In this document: piece by piece, positions 1 to 11,216 of the stretch
How the letters are laid out: every line of letters begins with the position of its first letter
How positions within the stretch are numbered: position 1 is the stretch's first letter
NCBI RefSeq assembly: GCF_036321535.1
Contig: NC_087438.1
Coordinates: 12,464,001 to 12,528,000 of the forward strand
DNA length: 64,000 nt
Source of the DNA: Camelus dromedarius
Lineage: Eukaryota
Direction: 5' to 3'
Notes under the pieces: generated by a model
The model's database searches: none
What the model was told of the DNA's origin: nothing
The model's input: the letters and a program-made list of their open reading frames with translations, nothing else
Made by a program: the position numbers and the translations under genes

Positions 1-1250
1 TCCTTTAGTCACCACTTCATCCATTTCTGCTCTGATCTCCATGAGTTCCCTGCTTCTACCAACTCCGGGTTCTGTTCATTCTTCTTTTCCCAGCTGGCCC
101 AGGGGTAAGGTAAGGGTGTGCATTTGAGACCCCTCCTGTTTCCTGAGGCAGGCCCTCATCACCACAGACTTACCCCTTAGAACTGCTTTTGCCGCATCCC
201 AAAGGTTTTGGATTGTTGTGTTTTCGTTTTCATCTGTCTCAAGTATTTTTTGATTTCCTCTTTGATTTCTTCATGATCCACTAGTTGTTTAGTAGCATAT
301 TGTTCAGCCTCCACGTGTTAGCAGTTTTTTTTCTTTTCCCTTGTAGTTGATTTCTAACCTCATATGTGTCAGTTAGGGCCTGTGTTTCCTCACTGATTTT
401 CTGTCTGGATGATCTGTCCATTGATGTAAGGGGGGTGTTAAGGTCCCCCCTACATTATTGTGTTACTGTCAATTTCTCCTTTTATGTCTGTTAACAGTTG
501 CCTTATATCTTGAGGTGCCCCTATGTTAGGTGCATATATATTTATAATTGTTATATTATCTTCTTGGATTGATCCCTTGAGCATTATGTATTATCTTTGT
601 CTCTTGTAACAGTCTTTATTTCAAAGTTGATGTTGTCTCATATAAGTATTGCTACTCCAGCTTTCTTTTGGTTTCTCTTTGCATGGAATATTTTTTTCCA
701 TCCCCTCACTTTCAATCTGCATGTGTCTCTAGCGCTGAAGTCGGTCTCTTGTAGATAGCATATATATGGGTTTTGTTTTTCTGTATCCATTCAGCCAGGC
801 TGTCTCTTTTGGTTGGAGTGTTAAATTCATTTTCATTTAAGGTAATTATCGATACATATATTCTTATTGCCATTTTGTTAATTAATTTGGGTTTGTTTTG
901 TAGGTCTTTTTTTCTCTTTCTTCTTTTTGTTCTCTTTTCTTGTGGTTTGATGACTAGAGAAGTTCCTTTAACATTTGTTGTAAAGCTGGTTTGGTGGTGC
1001 TGAATTCTTTTAGCTTTTGTTTTTCTGTGAAGCTTTTGATTTCTCCATCAAATCTGAATGAGAGCCTTGCTGGATAGAGTAAGCTTGGTTGTAAGAAGTT
1101 TTTCCCTTTCATCACTTTAAATATATCATGTCACTCCCTTCTGGCCTGTAGAGTTTCTGCTGAAAAATCGGCTGATAACCTTATGGGAGTTGCCTTGTAT
1201 GTTATGTATATTATTTGTTGCTTTTCTCTTGCTGATTTTAGTATTTTCTC
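1..1250 (-). mobile_element. LINE-1 fragment: 3' part of ORF1, spacer and ORF2 endonuclease domain; degenerate, 5'-truncated, with internal deletions
   Basis: Minus strand reads as the L1 ORF1 C-terminus (PIRLSADFSAETLQARRE...KEFSTTKPALQQMLKELL*, stop at 954-956) and the ORF2 start at 873 (MAIRIYVSIITLN...KKAGVAILI...NIYAPNIGAP), with stops and frameshifts. Confidence 0.95.
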
Positions 1251-1420
1251 CACTTACTCCTTGTACAACCTTGAGCAAGTCATTTGCTTTGTGCTTTGTC
1301 CTCACCCATAATAAAAGAACCTGCTGTCTACGGTTGTTGGGAGGATTAAATGAGTTAATGCATAGTGTGGCTAGGACATTGGCTGCCTGCAGTCAACACT
1401 CCATAAATATTAGCTCTTAC
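1251..1420 (+). mobile_element. MIR SINE remnant
   Basis: MIR-like motifs ccttgagcaagtca and ggttgttgggaggattaaatgagttaatgca...aaatattagct. Confidence 0.75.
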
Positions 1421-1539
1421 TAGTAGCAATTTGATGTAGGGTTATCTACAGCCAACATTCCTTGCTGAGACTACCAGGATTCTTATGTCCATGATGGCTT
1501 ATATCAGGACAAGAAACTGTTGTCCATTTCAGGGCTCTC

Positions 1540-1950
1540 TGAAGCAATTCTCAGTGTGTGGTCCCTGGACCAGTAGAACCAGCATCACCTGGGAACTTAT
1601 CAGAAACGTAAATTCTCAGGGCCCATCTCAAGTTTACTGAATCAGAGACTCTGCGGATGGGGACTTGCCAATGGTGTGCTGATAAAAGTTTAACAACTGG
1701 CTCATCAGGGGAAGATATGCCTGAGAGTTTGCTGATTCCCATGATTTAAATTCTCCCACTATGACTGATTTCAAGTTACCAAAGTGATGTTACAGAATGC
1801 ATTGCTATTGAGTTGGAAAGAGATACAGGCAATCAGCTCTCTCAAGGTGATTGAGGAACCCGCTCTGGCATGCTACCGGCCCAGAGAGCTGTGTTTCAAC
1901 AAGTTGTCTGGATGATTCTGATGCACCTTGGAATTCAAGCACTATCACGC
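1540..1950. mobile_element. MER5A-like hAT-Charlie element split by a nested insertion
   Basis: gtgtggtccctggaccag...agcatcacctgggaactt...tactgaatcagagactctg, resuming after 1880 as ccca...tgtgtttcaacaag...gatgattctgatgca. Confidence 0.8.
1669..1879. mobile_element. MER63A-like hAT element nested in MER5A
   Basis: Starts caatggtgtgctgataaaagtttaacaactggctc and ends ctctggcatgctaccgg, matching degenerate MER63 termini as I recall them. Confidence 0.7.
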
Positions 1951-2677
1951 AGAAGAGCTTAGTCATCTAGAGTTTGGGGGAGAAAATGTGGCAGTGTGCC
2001 TGGGCTTTGCAGCAGAACAACTGCATGCAAATTCTACTCTGCCACTTCCTGACCTTAGGTGAATGCCTGGCATATACTTAAGTATAACTGCACATCAGTT
2101 GTTATTATTATTACTCCAACATCATTCCTGCTGCAGTCAACTCACACCTTCTCAAACGCTTAGAGGAGCTCTGAGGACTTTTACTGCTGCCCAAGTCCCC
2201 TGGGACAAGCCAAGGATGAGCCCATTGCTGTGTTTTGCAGGTAGATAGGGAGCACTTTCCTGCCAGCTTTGTCATATTGTCTGTTGTGCCTCACCGTGAT
2301 TATGCAAAGTGGAAAGTGGTTATTACCCCAATTTACGTGACAATCATAAATATAGCCAACATCAGTGTGCTGATTTGCAGAGTATTGTTGTTACACCAGG
2401 TTGGGGGCTGTAGGTGAGCTGGAGGTTCATTTTTGTCCTTTGGAATCTGAAACTGCTTAGGTGGTGGTCTAGCAAATCCTTTCTGATAATTCCAATTTCC
2501 ACCACATCCAATAGCTGGGCTCTGGTGTACCCTCCCTTCTGTTCCTCCTTTGTCATTGTTTACCAGCCCAATCTTCACCTCCACTTCTTTCTTGTGAACA
2601 GAGCCCTGAAGCTGTTCAGAAACCAAGGGAAAATGTGCTTGGGGAAGGTGGGTCCCTCATGCATGAACTCTGGTTCC

Positions 2678-2880
2678 AGGGCTGTGCAAAAGAACTTTCT
2701 GTGAGAATGGAAGCCATCTGTATCTGCACTTCCCTTACAGAGACCACTGGCCTCAGGAGACTACTGAGTCCTTGAAACCTGGCTTGTGTGAGTGAGCAAC
2801 TGAATTTATAATTTTAATTCATCATAATTTAACTCTAACTTGCTTCATGTACCTAATGGCTACCGTATCAGATTGTACAA
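2678..2880. mobile_element. MER3/MER33-like hAT-Charlie element
   Basis: agggctgtgc..aagaactttctgtgagaatgga...gagcaactgaattt...ctaatggctaccgtat. Confidence 0.7.
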
Positions 2881-3179
2881 AGACTCCAAACCATGATGGT
2901 CCCTGTTCTTTTTGACAGATATTGCCAGACATCGCCACGTGGCCCAATCCTGACTTACAGGCTCTAGTGCAAAGGGATGAGTGTATCTAGGAAAGACTTT
3001 TCTCCTCGCTAAAGGAGAGAGATGCTCTAGGAAGCTCCTGTCATTCTCGTCCCCTGCTCTGTCCCCCTCCCACACTTCCCCCCATCCTGTATCTTGTCAT
3101 GGGCAATACAAAGCTGGTGCCTTGGGAACCCTCTTGTGACAATGAGAGGATGACTTTAATAACTAAAGATGATAAGAAC

Positions 3180-3425
3180 TAATGTTAATAGTGCCTATTA
3201 CACGCTACACCCTGGCCAGTCAGTTTATATACATTAACTAATTTAATGCTAGCAAGACCCCTGGGAGAGAGGTGTTATGTTACCTCCAATTTTTCAGAGG
3301 AGAGAACTGAAGCTCAGAGAAGTTCACTTGGCAAAAGTCCCACAACCAAGAAGCTACCAAAGCTGGGACTTGAACCCAGGGACACTGATGGCAGAGCTGT
3401 GCCCCCCACTGCCACACCATACTGC
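3180..3425 (-). mobile_element. MIR SINE
   Basis: ttttcagaggagagaactgaagctcagagaagtt..cacttggcaaaagtcccaca...ctgggacttgaacccagg. Confidence 0.8.
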
Positions 3426-3429
3426 CTTT

Positions 3430-3662
3430 CTAGAACCAAGAGAACTGCTTACCCTTGGAACCATCCATTTCTAAACTTCTTCATATATGAGATAAATGCA
3501 CATCCTTGGGTTTAAGCCACTTTATTTTTATTACTTTTTATTCTCTTTTACTGAAGTACAGTCGGTGTACAATGTTGTGTCAGTTTGTGGTGTACAAGGT
3601 TTAGGCCACTTTAGGTTGAATGTCCCCTGACTTGCAGCCTAAAGCGTCCTAACTGGTACTGT
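3430..3662 (+). mobile_element. Old MaLR (MLT1-type) LTR 3' part, interrupted by a short L1 tail
   Basis: gagataaat...gtttaagccact...acttgcagcctaaagcgtcctaactggtac resembles old MLT1 LTR ends. Confidence 0.55.
3525..3597 (-). mobile_element. Very short 5'-truncated L1 3' end with 16-bp TSD
   Basis: T-rich tail then tactgaagtacagtcggtgtacaatgttgtgtcagtttgtggtgtaca; flanked by ggtttaagccacttta (3509-3524) and ggtttaggccacttta (3598-3613). Confidence 0.85.
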
Positions 3663-5900
3663 ATCTTTGAGTGGCTCTTCATCTGGAGTTCCCAACCATG
3701 CTCGTCCACTGAGTCATACCTCCACCAAGGGCCGATTCACAGCGGACGTGGATCAGGTAACCACCCCGAACTGAGAGAGGAAGAACCCACCTGAGGCTTG
3801 GGAGCGCCAATGTTGAAATATCTAGATAGAGACACTCACAGGGAGATTCCACTCATGCCTGACCCTGGGCTGATGTCACAGCAAAGCTCAGCTTCTCAGC
3901 ACCCGCCGCTATCTCTGATTCTGATAAATGAAGTTTGTCCAAAAGTGACGTGAAGAGAAACTCAGAGAGATAGGGAGACTTGAAACCTCCCCCAAAAGGG
4001 CTGCAGTGTTTATTCTTAAAGTCTGTTCAGTATGCTGTCATAGTGGAGTCAACGTCTGGGTTTCCGTCTCCCAAGCCCTCTTTAGTGACTAAGAACCCAG
4101 GCTGACAAAGTTGCATTTCACTAGTGAGTGGGCTGTTTGTCTCTCCAGGATGATGAAAATTTGGAAACGTATACATGTTCAATCCATTCAATCAGAGGTC
4201 AACATGGACTTAAAGGGAGATTCTTGTCCACGGCAGCGTGTGACACATTGAGCTGGGACAGAGCAAGTTCCCATTCGCAGGTGTCACAGGAAATCCCCTT
4301 GTGTCCCCAGAGCCGTCCTCCTTCCCTCCCTGCTGCTGGGTAGCCCTGCCTTCTCCCCCGGCCCTTCTCCCCACTCCCACCCCCACCCTGGTTTTTCTTT
4401 TTTAATACATCCCAGGATTAAGCAGAACCAGGGCTGCAGTGGCAGATGCATCAAGGAGCTGCGAGGAGGGAAGAGAAAATCTAAGTGGCCGAGAGTCCCT
4501 GGTCCCTCCCTCACCTCTGTTCATTTGTCCCTTTGCTCATTCAGCAGAGACTTGTCAAGCACCTACTACGAAAAGCACCAGAGAGACAATGGTGGAAAAA
4601 CTCTTCTTGGAAATAAAAAAAAGAAACTGCTGTAGGATCCTGCTAGTGGGTTTTATTTCTTAATCTTATGTCAGTATTTGTTGGGTCCAAAGACCCAAAA
4701 TAATCTTTATATCAAATCTCGGAGATAAATAGGTGAGGTTTTATTGTCCCATTTCACAAAGATGGAGGTCAAGTGACTTTCTCACGGGATGTGGGTAAGT
4801 GGCAGATGCAAGTCCCTTGAATCCACGTCTTCCAACTCCTTTATTTTCTTCCAAGACACCTCACACTGGGACTGGCTGGGGCAGGGCCAGTCATGCAGGC
4901 GTCCACTGCTCTGAAGCAGACCCTCAGAAGTTCTCTCACCGTCAGCCCCTCGTAGGGAAAGGAGGGGCCACCAGCAGCCTGTGTGATCCCACTGGTTAAT
5001 CTTTGAAGTAAAAAAATCTGGAGATCAAAAGAAGTATGTTGTTGAACCCAGTTCTTTGTCCTTGATCTGCTGGAAACCTTAATTTAATTAGCAATGTAAA
5101 CTGGGTCAAGACTTCACTTTCCCAGCTGGCTTTAACGCATATCATTTCTTTTATTTCTGAGTGACTTGGAACAAATTAGGGGGAAAAATCTGAACTATCT
5201 CATGTAAGACACGAACTATGCTGTACTTTGAGCTCATTATATCTTCCCGTAGTACTGACTGAGATTTGCATAATTTTCATGCTACTATGAGTAATAAGAA
5301 TGGGAAATAATTTGGACTAAATTATCTAGTTTTGTTCCAGAAAGGCAAACTTCCCAGATTCCTTGATATTTGAAATCATAGCCTTTTAGGAAGGAGGGTA
5401 CTGGGATTATGTTTCAAGAATCCAATCCTTACAGAAACCTGTGATATAGGTATTCCTCTCTCTAGTTTACAGAAGAAATCAAGTGACATTCCCGCGGATA
5501 CACAGCTTGGATGTGCGGAGCTATGGCTGGATGCGGGCAGATGCGGAGCTCTGGTCCCTGTTCACAGCTCGCTGTGCATTTAGAGCTGCCTTTAGATCTT
5601 CAGAAATCATCTGGTTCACTTCCTCCCCTTACAGCAAAGCAGAAGAAATTAGGTCCTGAAACTTAAATCCCTGACAGGGTGCAAACCAAACCCAGGCCAC
5701 TAACTCTCTGGAGGGTGGTCTTTCCTTTAGCACCTCTGCTGATGGACAGGAAAGCCACAAGTTGTCCCAAGTGGATACAGCCCTCTCTGGAGTCCACGAG
5801 GAAACTTCCATTCCAGGATGTCTGATGACGAGGAGCCTGCCAGAGTATTCACGGCCAAGAGAATGAGTCTTCTTATTTCTATTTGTGTAGCGTGTGCGTG

Positions 5901-5902
<2 letters not shown>

Positions 5903-5941
<39 letters not shown>
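5903..5941. repeat. (TG)n microsatellite, about 19 units
   Basis: Directly visible. Confidence 0.99.
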
Positions 5942-5943
<2 letters not shown>

Positions 5944-6344
5944 GCTCTGCATTCCACCCTCCTCCGTGGGACCGCATTCCTTTTGGAGACATATCTGCCT
6001 TAAGCATTTTATTCCAGGGAGGAATACACATGGAAGTGGAGATGCCTCTGGCCAAGACTTCAGACCCTGGTCTATTTCATGCCAAACCTGTTTGCTGCTA
6101 CGTAGACATGGTCAGTATCTGAGGGCAGGCATGTGGGTTCACTGAATCCCACAATGGGAGCTTTCCAGTGACTCTGGAAATAATCAGCGTGGCTAGATCC
6201 TGAGCTAGAATGGGTACCTACTGCTCATAGTTTTCCTTCTCACTTTTACCTGCTAACAGAAAACAGAAGCGTGACCGTGTGACGGCTAGTACTGATGATA
6301 TAAATTCTCTTTTTAAAAATAAGGCCACGCTCTTTAAAAAGTCA

Positions 6345-6490
6345 GAAAGATGGAAATGTTGACCATCTTGACTGTGGTGGTGATTTCCTCAGTGTACATA
6401 TGTATCTATCAAAATTCATCAAATTGTACATCTGAAATATGTGTAGTTTACTATACAGGAATCATACTGTGTAATAAAATAAATCATACA
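6345..6490 (+). mobile_element. Old L1M 3' end
   Basis: atcttgactgtggtggtg...tcaaaattcatcaaattgtacat..aaatatgtgtagtttact..., ending in aataaa. Confidence 0.75.
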
Positions 6491-8479
6491 AAAAAGGTGT
6501 TTAAAAAAAGACAGAAAGAAGGAAGTCACAAGCTACCTTTGAACAGCTCTCAATAAGCAGATCGATGTCTCATCCCTACTCAAGACTAGGCTGACTCCCT
6601 CCATTGACTCACCCTAAAATGACCTCCTGTGGACTTTTTCAACAGTCTGAAATGTAAACTTGCATGACTTGGCTGGAGTTTTCAGAAATCAAAGGTTATT
6701 TGCACCCCCACTCCTTCCTACTCCTGCCCCAATCCTGCCACTACCAGCATTTCTTTAGCTGGGAAAGTTTTAAAGCTTCTTACTGGAATTTGCTGCGTGT
6801 GGTTAAAATCCCTAAGAAGTGAAATGTGAGCTTGGCATCAAGAATCAGTTTTATTTTAGAGTCATATTCAGAATAGTAAGTGACATGAGATAAATTCCTT
6901 TTTAAGGAGGCTCCTAAATCTTCTAACCTAACGATTTCCCTGAAATCTGCATGAAATTCACAATCTAGGAAGAGTTTGCAAAAAAAGATTGTATGTAATT
7001 TGTGCTGAGAATTATTTCAATCTGGGTTCCAGTGTGAGAGGAGATGTGGGAGTGCACTACAAACTGTGTGCAATATTTTGATGCATTTTTGTTTCTCTTT
7101 CTTCCTGGTTTGTTTTTTGGTTTTTTTGTTTTGTTTTGTTTTAGGAACATTGTCTACTGAACATAGTGGCCAAAATGAGCTGAAGATTGTTGAAGTTGAG
7201 GGATGGATATATAGGGCGTCATCATTATTTCCTCCACGCTGTTGTGCACATTTAAAACGTTCCTTACTTAAGGAAAAAAAAAAAAGGAAAAAGAGAAAGA
7301 AAACGGGGGCCAAGAGAAATGATCATGGTCCTAGTATTGGGCTGTTCTCAGCTTGTGAGAGCCTTCAAGGAGAGCTGAACAGAAGCACAGACTCCATTTA
7401 GTTCTAACCCATTTTTTAAGGAGACTTAAAAAAAAGTTTCCCTGGAACTTGAAAAATACACTCAAAAGTGATTTCAACATGATCCAGCCCTGGGAGGGGT
7501 CAGAGATGGCAGGAGTACAAGACGGTCGAGAAAGCCTATGACGTACAGTCAGTGGCTTGCTGAGACGGTTTCCAAATAGAAACATGCCTGGAAGATTAGG
7601 AAGATGGACTAAATCCAGTGAGGCCGAGATTAGTCATATGACCGCTACATCTCGGGCTCTACTTGGGGGCGAGAAGAGAGGGCTTCAGTTTTAGGGTCTT
7701 AATTATCATAATTACTACAGGGCTTGCTTATTTTTTTTTTTTTTGCATCACTCCTGCTCCCACCCCTTCCAGATGAGTGGAAGGTACAGCCACACTTTAC
7801 GACAAATTGTTCTCTATTTCATATTTTCCAGTGGAAAAAGGAATATATATTAGGCAGATTATTTTACCTTCCCTCTATCAGGGTAAGCTTCCTAGAGCAG
7901 CTAATTCTCCTCCTGTGGGACTGGCAGCTCCCAGCCATCAGCTGGTGAAGCGGAGTCCTTCCTCCTCCTGGACACTGGCAAGACCCATTCTGCCTGCCAG
8001 TCTGTCATCTCCAGGGATCACCCAAGTGCTGGCCCCTCTGGTAATCTGTCTCCTTTGCTCCCTGCTGCTCTGTGGGTCTTTCCCGTGGACTTCTGGCTCC
8101 TCTTCGGCTCCTGTGCCAACTCTTCCCGTTGTGCTGCTGGGTTCCTTGTTACAAGGTGGATAATTTCTCCTGCATCCTCAGAGTCGTCAAAGGATGCTAA
8201 CCTTAACTGAAATCTGGCTTTATTCCACTTTTCCACATTCCATCATCTCAGCTGGGGATCCAGTGTTACGCCAATGCCCCCGATCACTTGCAATCCATTA
8301 CTCTTCCTGCTTTTTTGGAAAATATCCCCCGTCTCTTGAGTCCTTGACATTGTGTGACCCTTCTCCCTTTCCTCCTTGCTGTCTCCTTTGGGATCTCCTG
8401 GTGACTGCTCCCACCCATCTCCCAAATTCAATGAAGATGTGACTGAGTGTGTGTGTGTACCTATATAGTGTCAAGACCC

Positions 8480-8680
8480 TAGGTGTAACATCTGCTGACT
8501 TGGACTCTAATTTCCACTTTTGTATGACTTTGGCCAAGTGACTGAATGTGTTGAGCTCTTCTATAAAATGCAGATAACAGTACCTCCCATAGTACAGGTT
8601 GTCCTGAAGGTGAAATGAAATTTACGCAAAGTGATGGGCACATTTCTGGCATACCTCAATGCTCTTGTGAACTATTCTCC
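8480..8680 (+). mobile_element. MIR SINE remnant
   Basis: tgactttggccaagtgact...ctataaaatg..gataacagtacctcccatag..gttgtcctgaaggtgaaatga. Confidence 0.75.
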
Positions 8681-9894
8681 TATTGGCTGCTGCTTGCTTT
8701 CCCAAATCCCACCATCACCTGGGGAAGCGTCAGCGTTCTTTGCAACTACACAAGCCTTCCCCGCCAGGCCGTCTTTAACTCAGGGCAGGCGTCTCTGCCA
8801 CATGCCTATCCCACTTTCTAACGACAATGCCCTGTCCTCTTCACTGCCAGAGCCACTGCCTTCTTCCCCATCACGTCCTTGTCTTTTTGTGTCACTAGCT
8901 TGAACCCTTCAGCCTTGGTCAGATGGTTACTTTCCCTGCAACCTACGCAGGCTGTGATGTGGATGTGATTCATCTTGTATGAATGTTCTTTGTTCTATGG
9001 TTGTATTTGCATAATTCCTCCATTATAAGAATCAACTTGGAGCTAAACCACTCTACATGAAGACGCTCACCCTCTCCTCTGGAGATGAGGCCTCAGGCCA
9101 GGAATGGCCTTGACCCCAGGGGATGAGTCGTCTAGGACACTGGCCTGGCAGGAAGGAGCGAGGGCACTTTTCACATGAGAATGACTCAGCAGCTGAGACA
9201 CAAGGAGGAGGAGGAGGTGAGCCCCATCTGAAGTCAGTGGATGAGCCCAGGTGAGGGAAGGGACAGGACCTCTGAGCCCTGGGACAAACCCGGCTGTGTT
9301 TCTGTGCTTCCATGACTGTCTTTGACTTCTCTTGAATTTTTCTTTGGTACTTTTGGAAATTCCAGTCTGTCTCAGCCCTGTGGATTCACGGCAAGGATAA
9401 GGGTTCTGTGCTAGTGTGGGCCAGACCCGTAAGATGCCACTCCTCTTTGGGAGGCAGAATGGGGTGGCAGAGGGACTCAGGCTGAGGGCTTACTAAGGCA
9501 TCCTGAAGCACCTTGGCTCCCAGAGCCAGCAAGCCAACGAGCTTCCTGTCCCAGGGACGTGTGGAGCCAGGAAAGATGGGGAGAAGGTTTAGCTCCTCCT
9601 GTGCTTGTTCCTTCCCATTATTTCGGGAAGTGGAGTGGCCCCCTTCTCAGGATGGAACACGGAGGAAGGGAGAAGAAACGCTGGTGGATACTGGGAAATT
9701 AGAACATGACAATTTACTTGTACCTTATGGCTTGAGGTTTTATGAATTCCCACAGCATCGGACATTTCTATCCAAAATACAGAAAACGTACCCAAAAGAC
9801 AACTCTTGAGTGATTTTGGAGGCTTTATCCACTCTCCTTTTATAGGTGGATAATGAAGAATAAAAAAATGACTGTACTATATGGGAAAGAGACT

Positions 9895-10221
9895 GCAGTA
9901 GCCTCCCCTCGCCCCTCATCCACAGGGATATGTTCCAAGACCCCCAGGAGATGCCTGAAACCGCAGATGGCAACACACACTGTGTATACACTGTTTTTTC
10001 CTCTCTAACGGGCAGCTACCCTGGACAACGGGATGATTCATATCCCTTGCAGGACCGAGTGGGACAGCGTGAGATTTCATCATGCTGTTCAGAATCGTGC
10101 ACAATTTAAGATTTATGAATTGCTTATTCCTGGAATTTTCCTTTTGGTATTTTTGGGCTTCAGTTGACCATGAGTAACTGAAACCATGGAAAGTGAAACC
10201 TTGGATTAGGGGAAACTACCG
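9895..10221. mobile_element. MER44/Tigger7-type TcMar-Tigger MITE
   Basis: cagtagcctcccc...gttccaagacccccag..gatgcctgaaaccgcagat ... gagatttcatcatgct...gtaactgaaaccatggaaagtgaaaccttggattaggggaaactacc, with degenerate terminal inverted repeats. Confidence 0.85.
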
Positions 10222-10732
10222 TATACAGGGAGTTGGGAGATCCGTCTCTCAAACCCTGTTCATTCACTGAAACGTTATGTGATTTAGGCCCCAATGCTTA
10301 ACTTGGCTCTATGTTTCCAGAGCTTTAAAATAACTGCTCATTAAAAAGAAAAACCCTCCTCCTTTAAGATGTCATGAAGAATAAGGGGACATTTATGGCA
10401 AATACTTTGAGCAACTCAAAGGAGCAAAGTGCTTTAAAAATGCCATCTGGTCTGTGAAATTTTTAGGTATTTGAAGAGAACTATAAAATGCACCAGGAAA
10501 AAAAAAATAGACGCATCCTTGGAAAGCACTGAGAGCGGTACATCTAAAGAGGAATAAAAATAATGCTTTATATTTAATTAAAAAGTGGAATACTGAGGTC
10601 GGGTAGACAGGGGGAAAAGAAGAGAAAGGGAGAACGCACAGGAAAAATTCTCTAAATCCTTCTCCTTAGGTAGTTAACTTTTCTCCATCGCCGTTCCCAG
10701 AACCCCATCCTACTGTTGCTGAGTTTGGTCAT

Positions 10733-11216
10733 AAGTAATCAGTTTCCCAGGGATGCAGTAACAAAGCGCCACCAACAAGGTGGCTGAAAACAACAGACAT
10801 TGATTTTCTCACCATGCTGGATGTGGGAATCTGGGACCCAGGTGTGGGCAGGGCTGGTTTCTTCCACAGGCTCTGAGGGAGGGTCCGGTCCATCCTTCTC
10901 TCCCAGCCACTGAGAGCTGTCGGTGGTCCTCAATGTCCTTGACTGTGGGTGTATCATCACCCCGCTTTGCGTCTTAGATCATGTAACATTCTCTCTGCGT
11001 GTCTCTGTGTGAAATCTGCTCTTCTCACAAGGACAACAGTCATACTAGTTTAGGGTGCACCCGAATGACTTCATGTTAATTTGATGACATTGGCAAGGAA
11101 CTTCTTTCCAAATAAAGTCATATTCACATGTATTGGGAGGTTAGGATGTCAACATATATATATATATATATATATTTTTTTTTTTTTGAGATGGGGGGAT
11201 AATTCAACCTACAACA
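10733..11216 (-). mobile_element. MaLR solo LTR (MLT1C-like) containing a (TA)n tract at 11154-11174
   Basis: agtttcccagggatgcagtaacaaag..ccaccaacaaggtggctgaaaacaacaga...tttccaaataaagtcatattcaca...aattcaacctacaaca. Confidence 0.85.
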
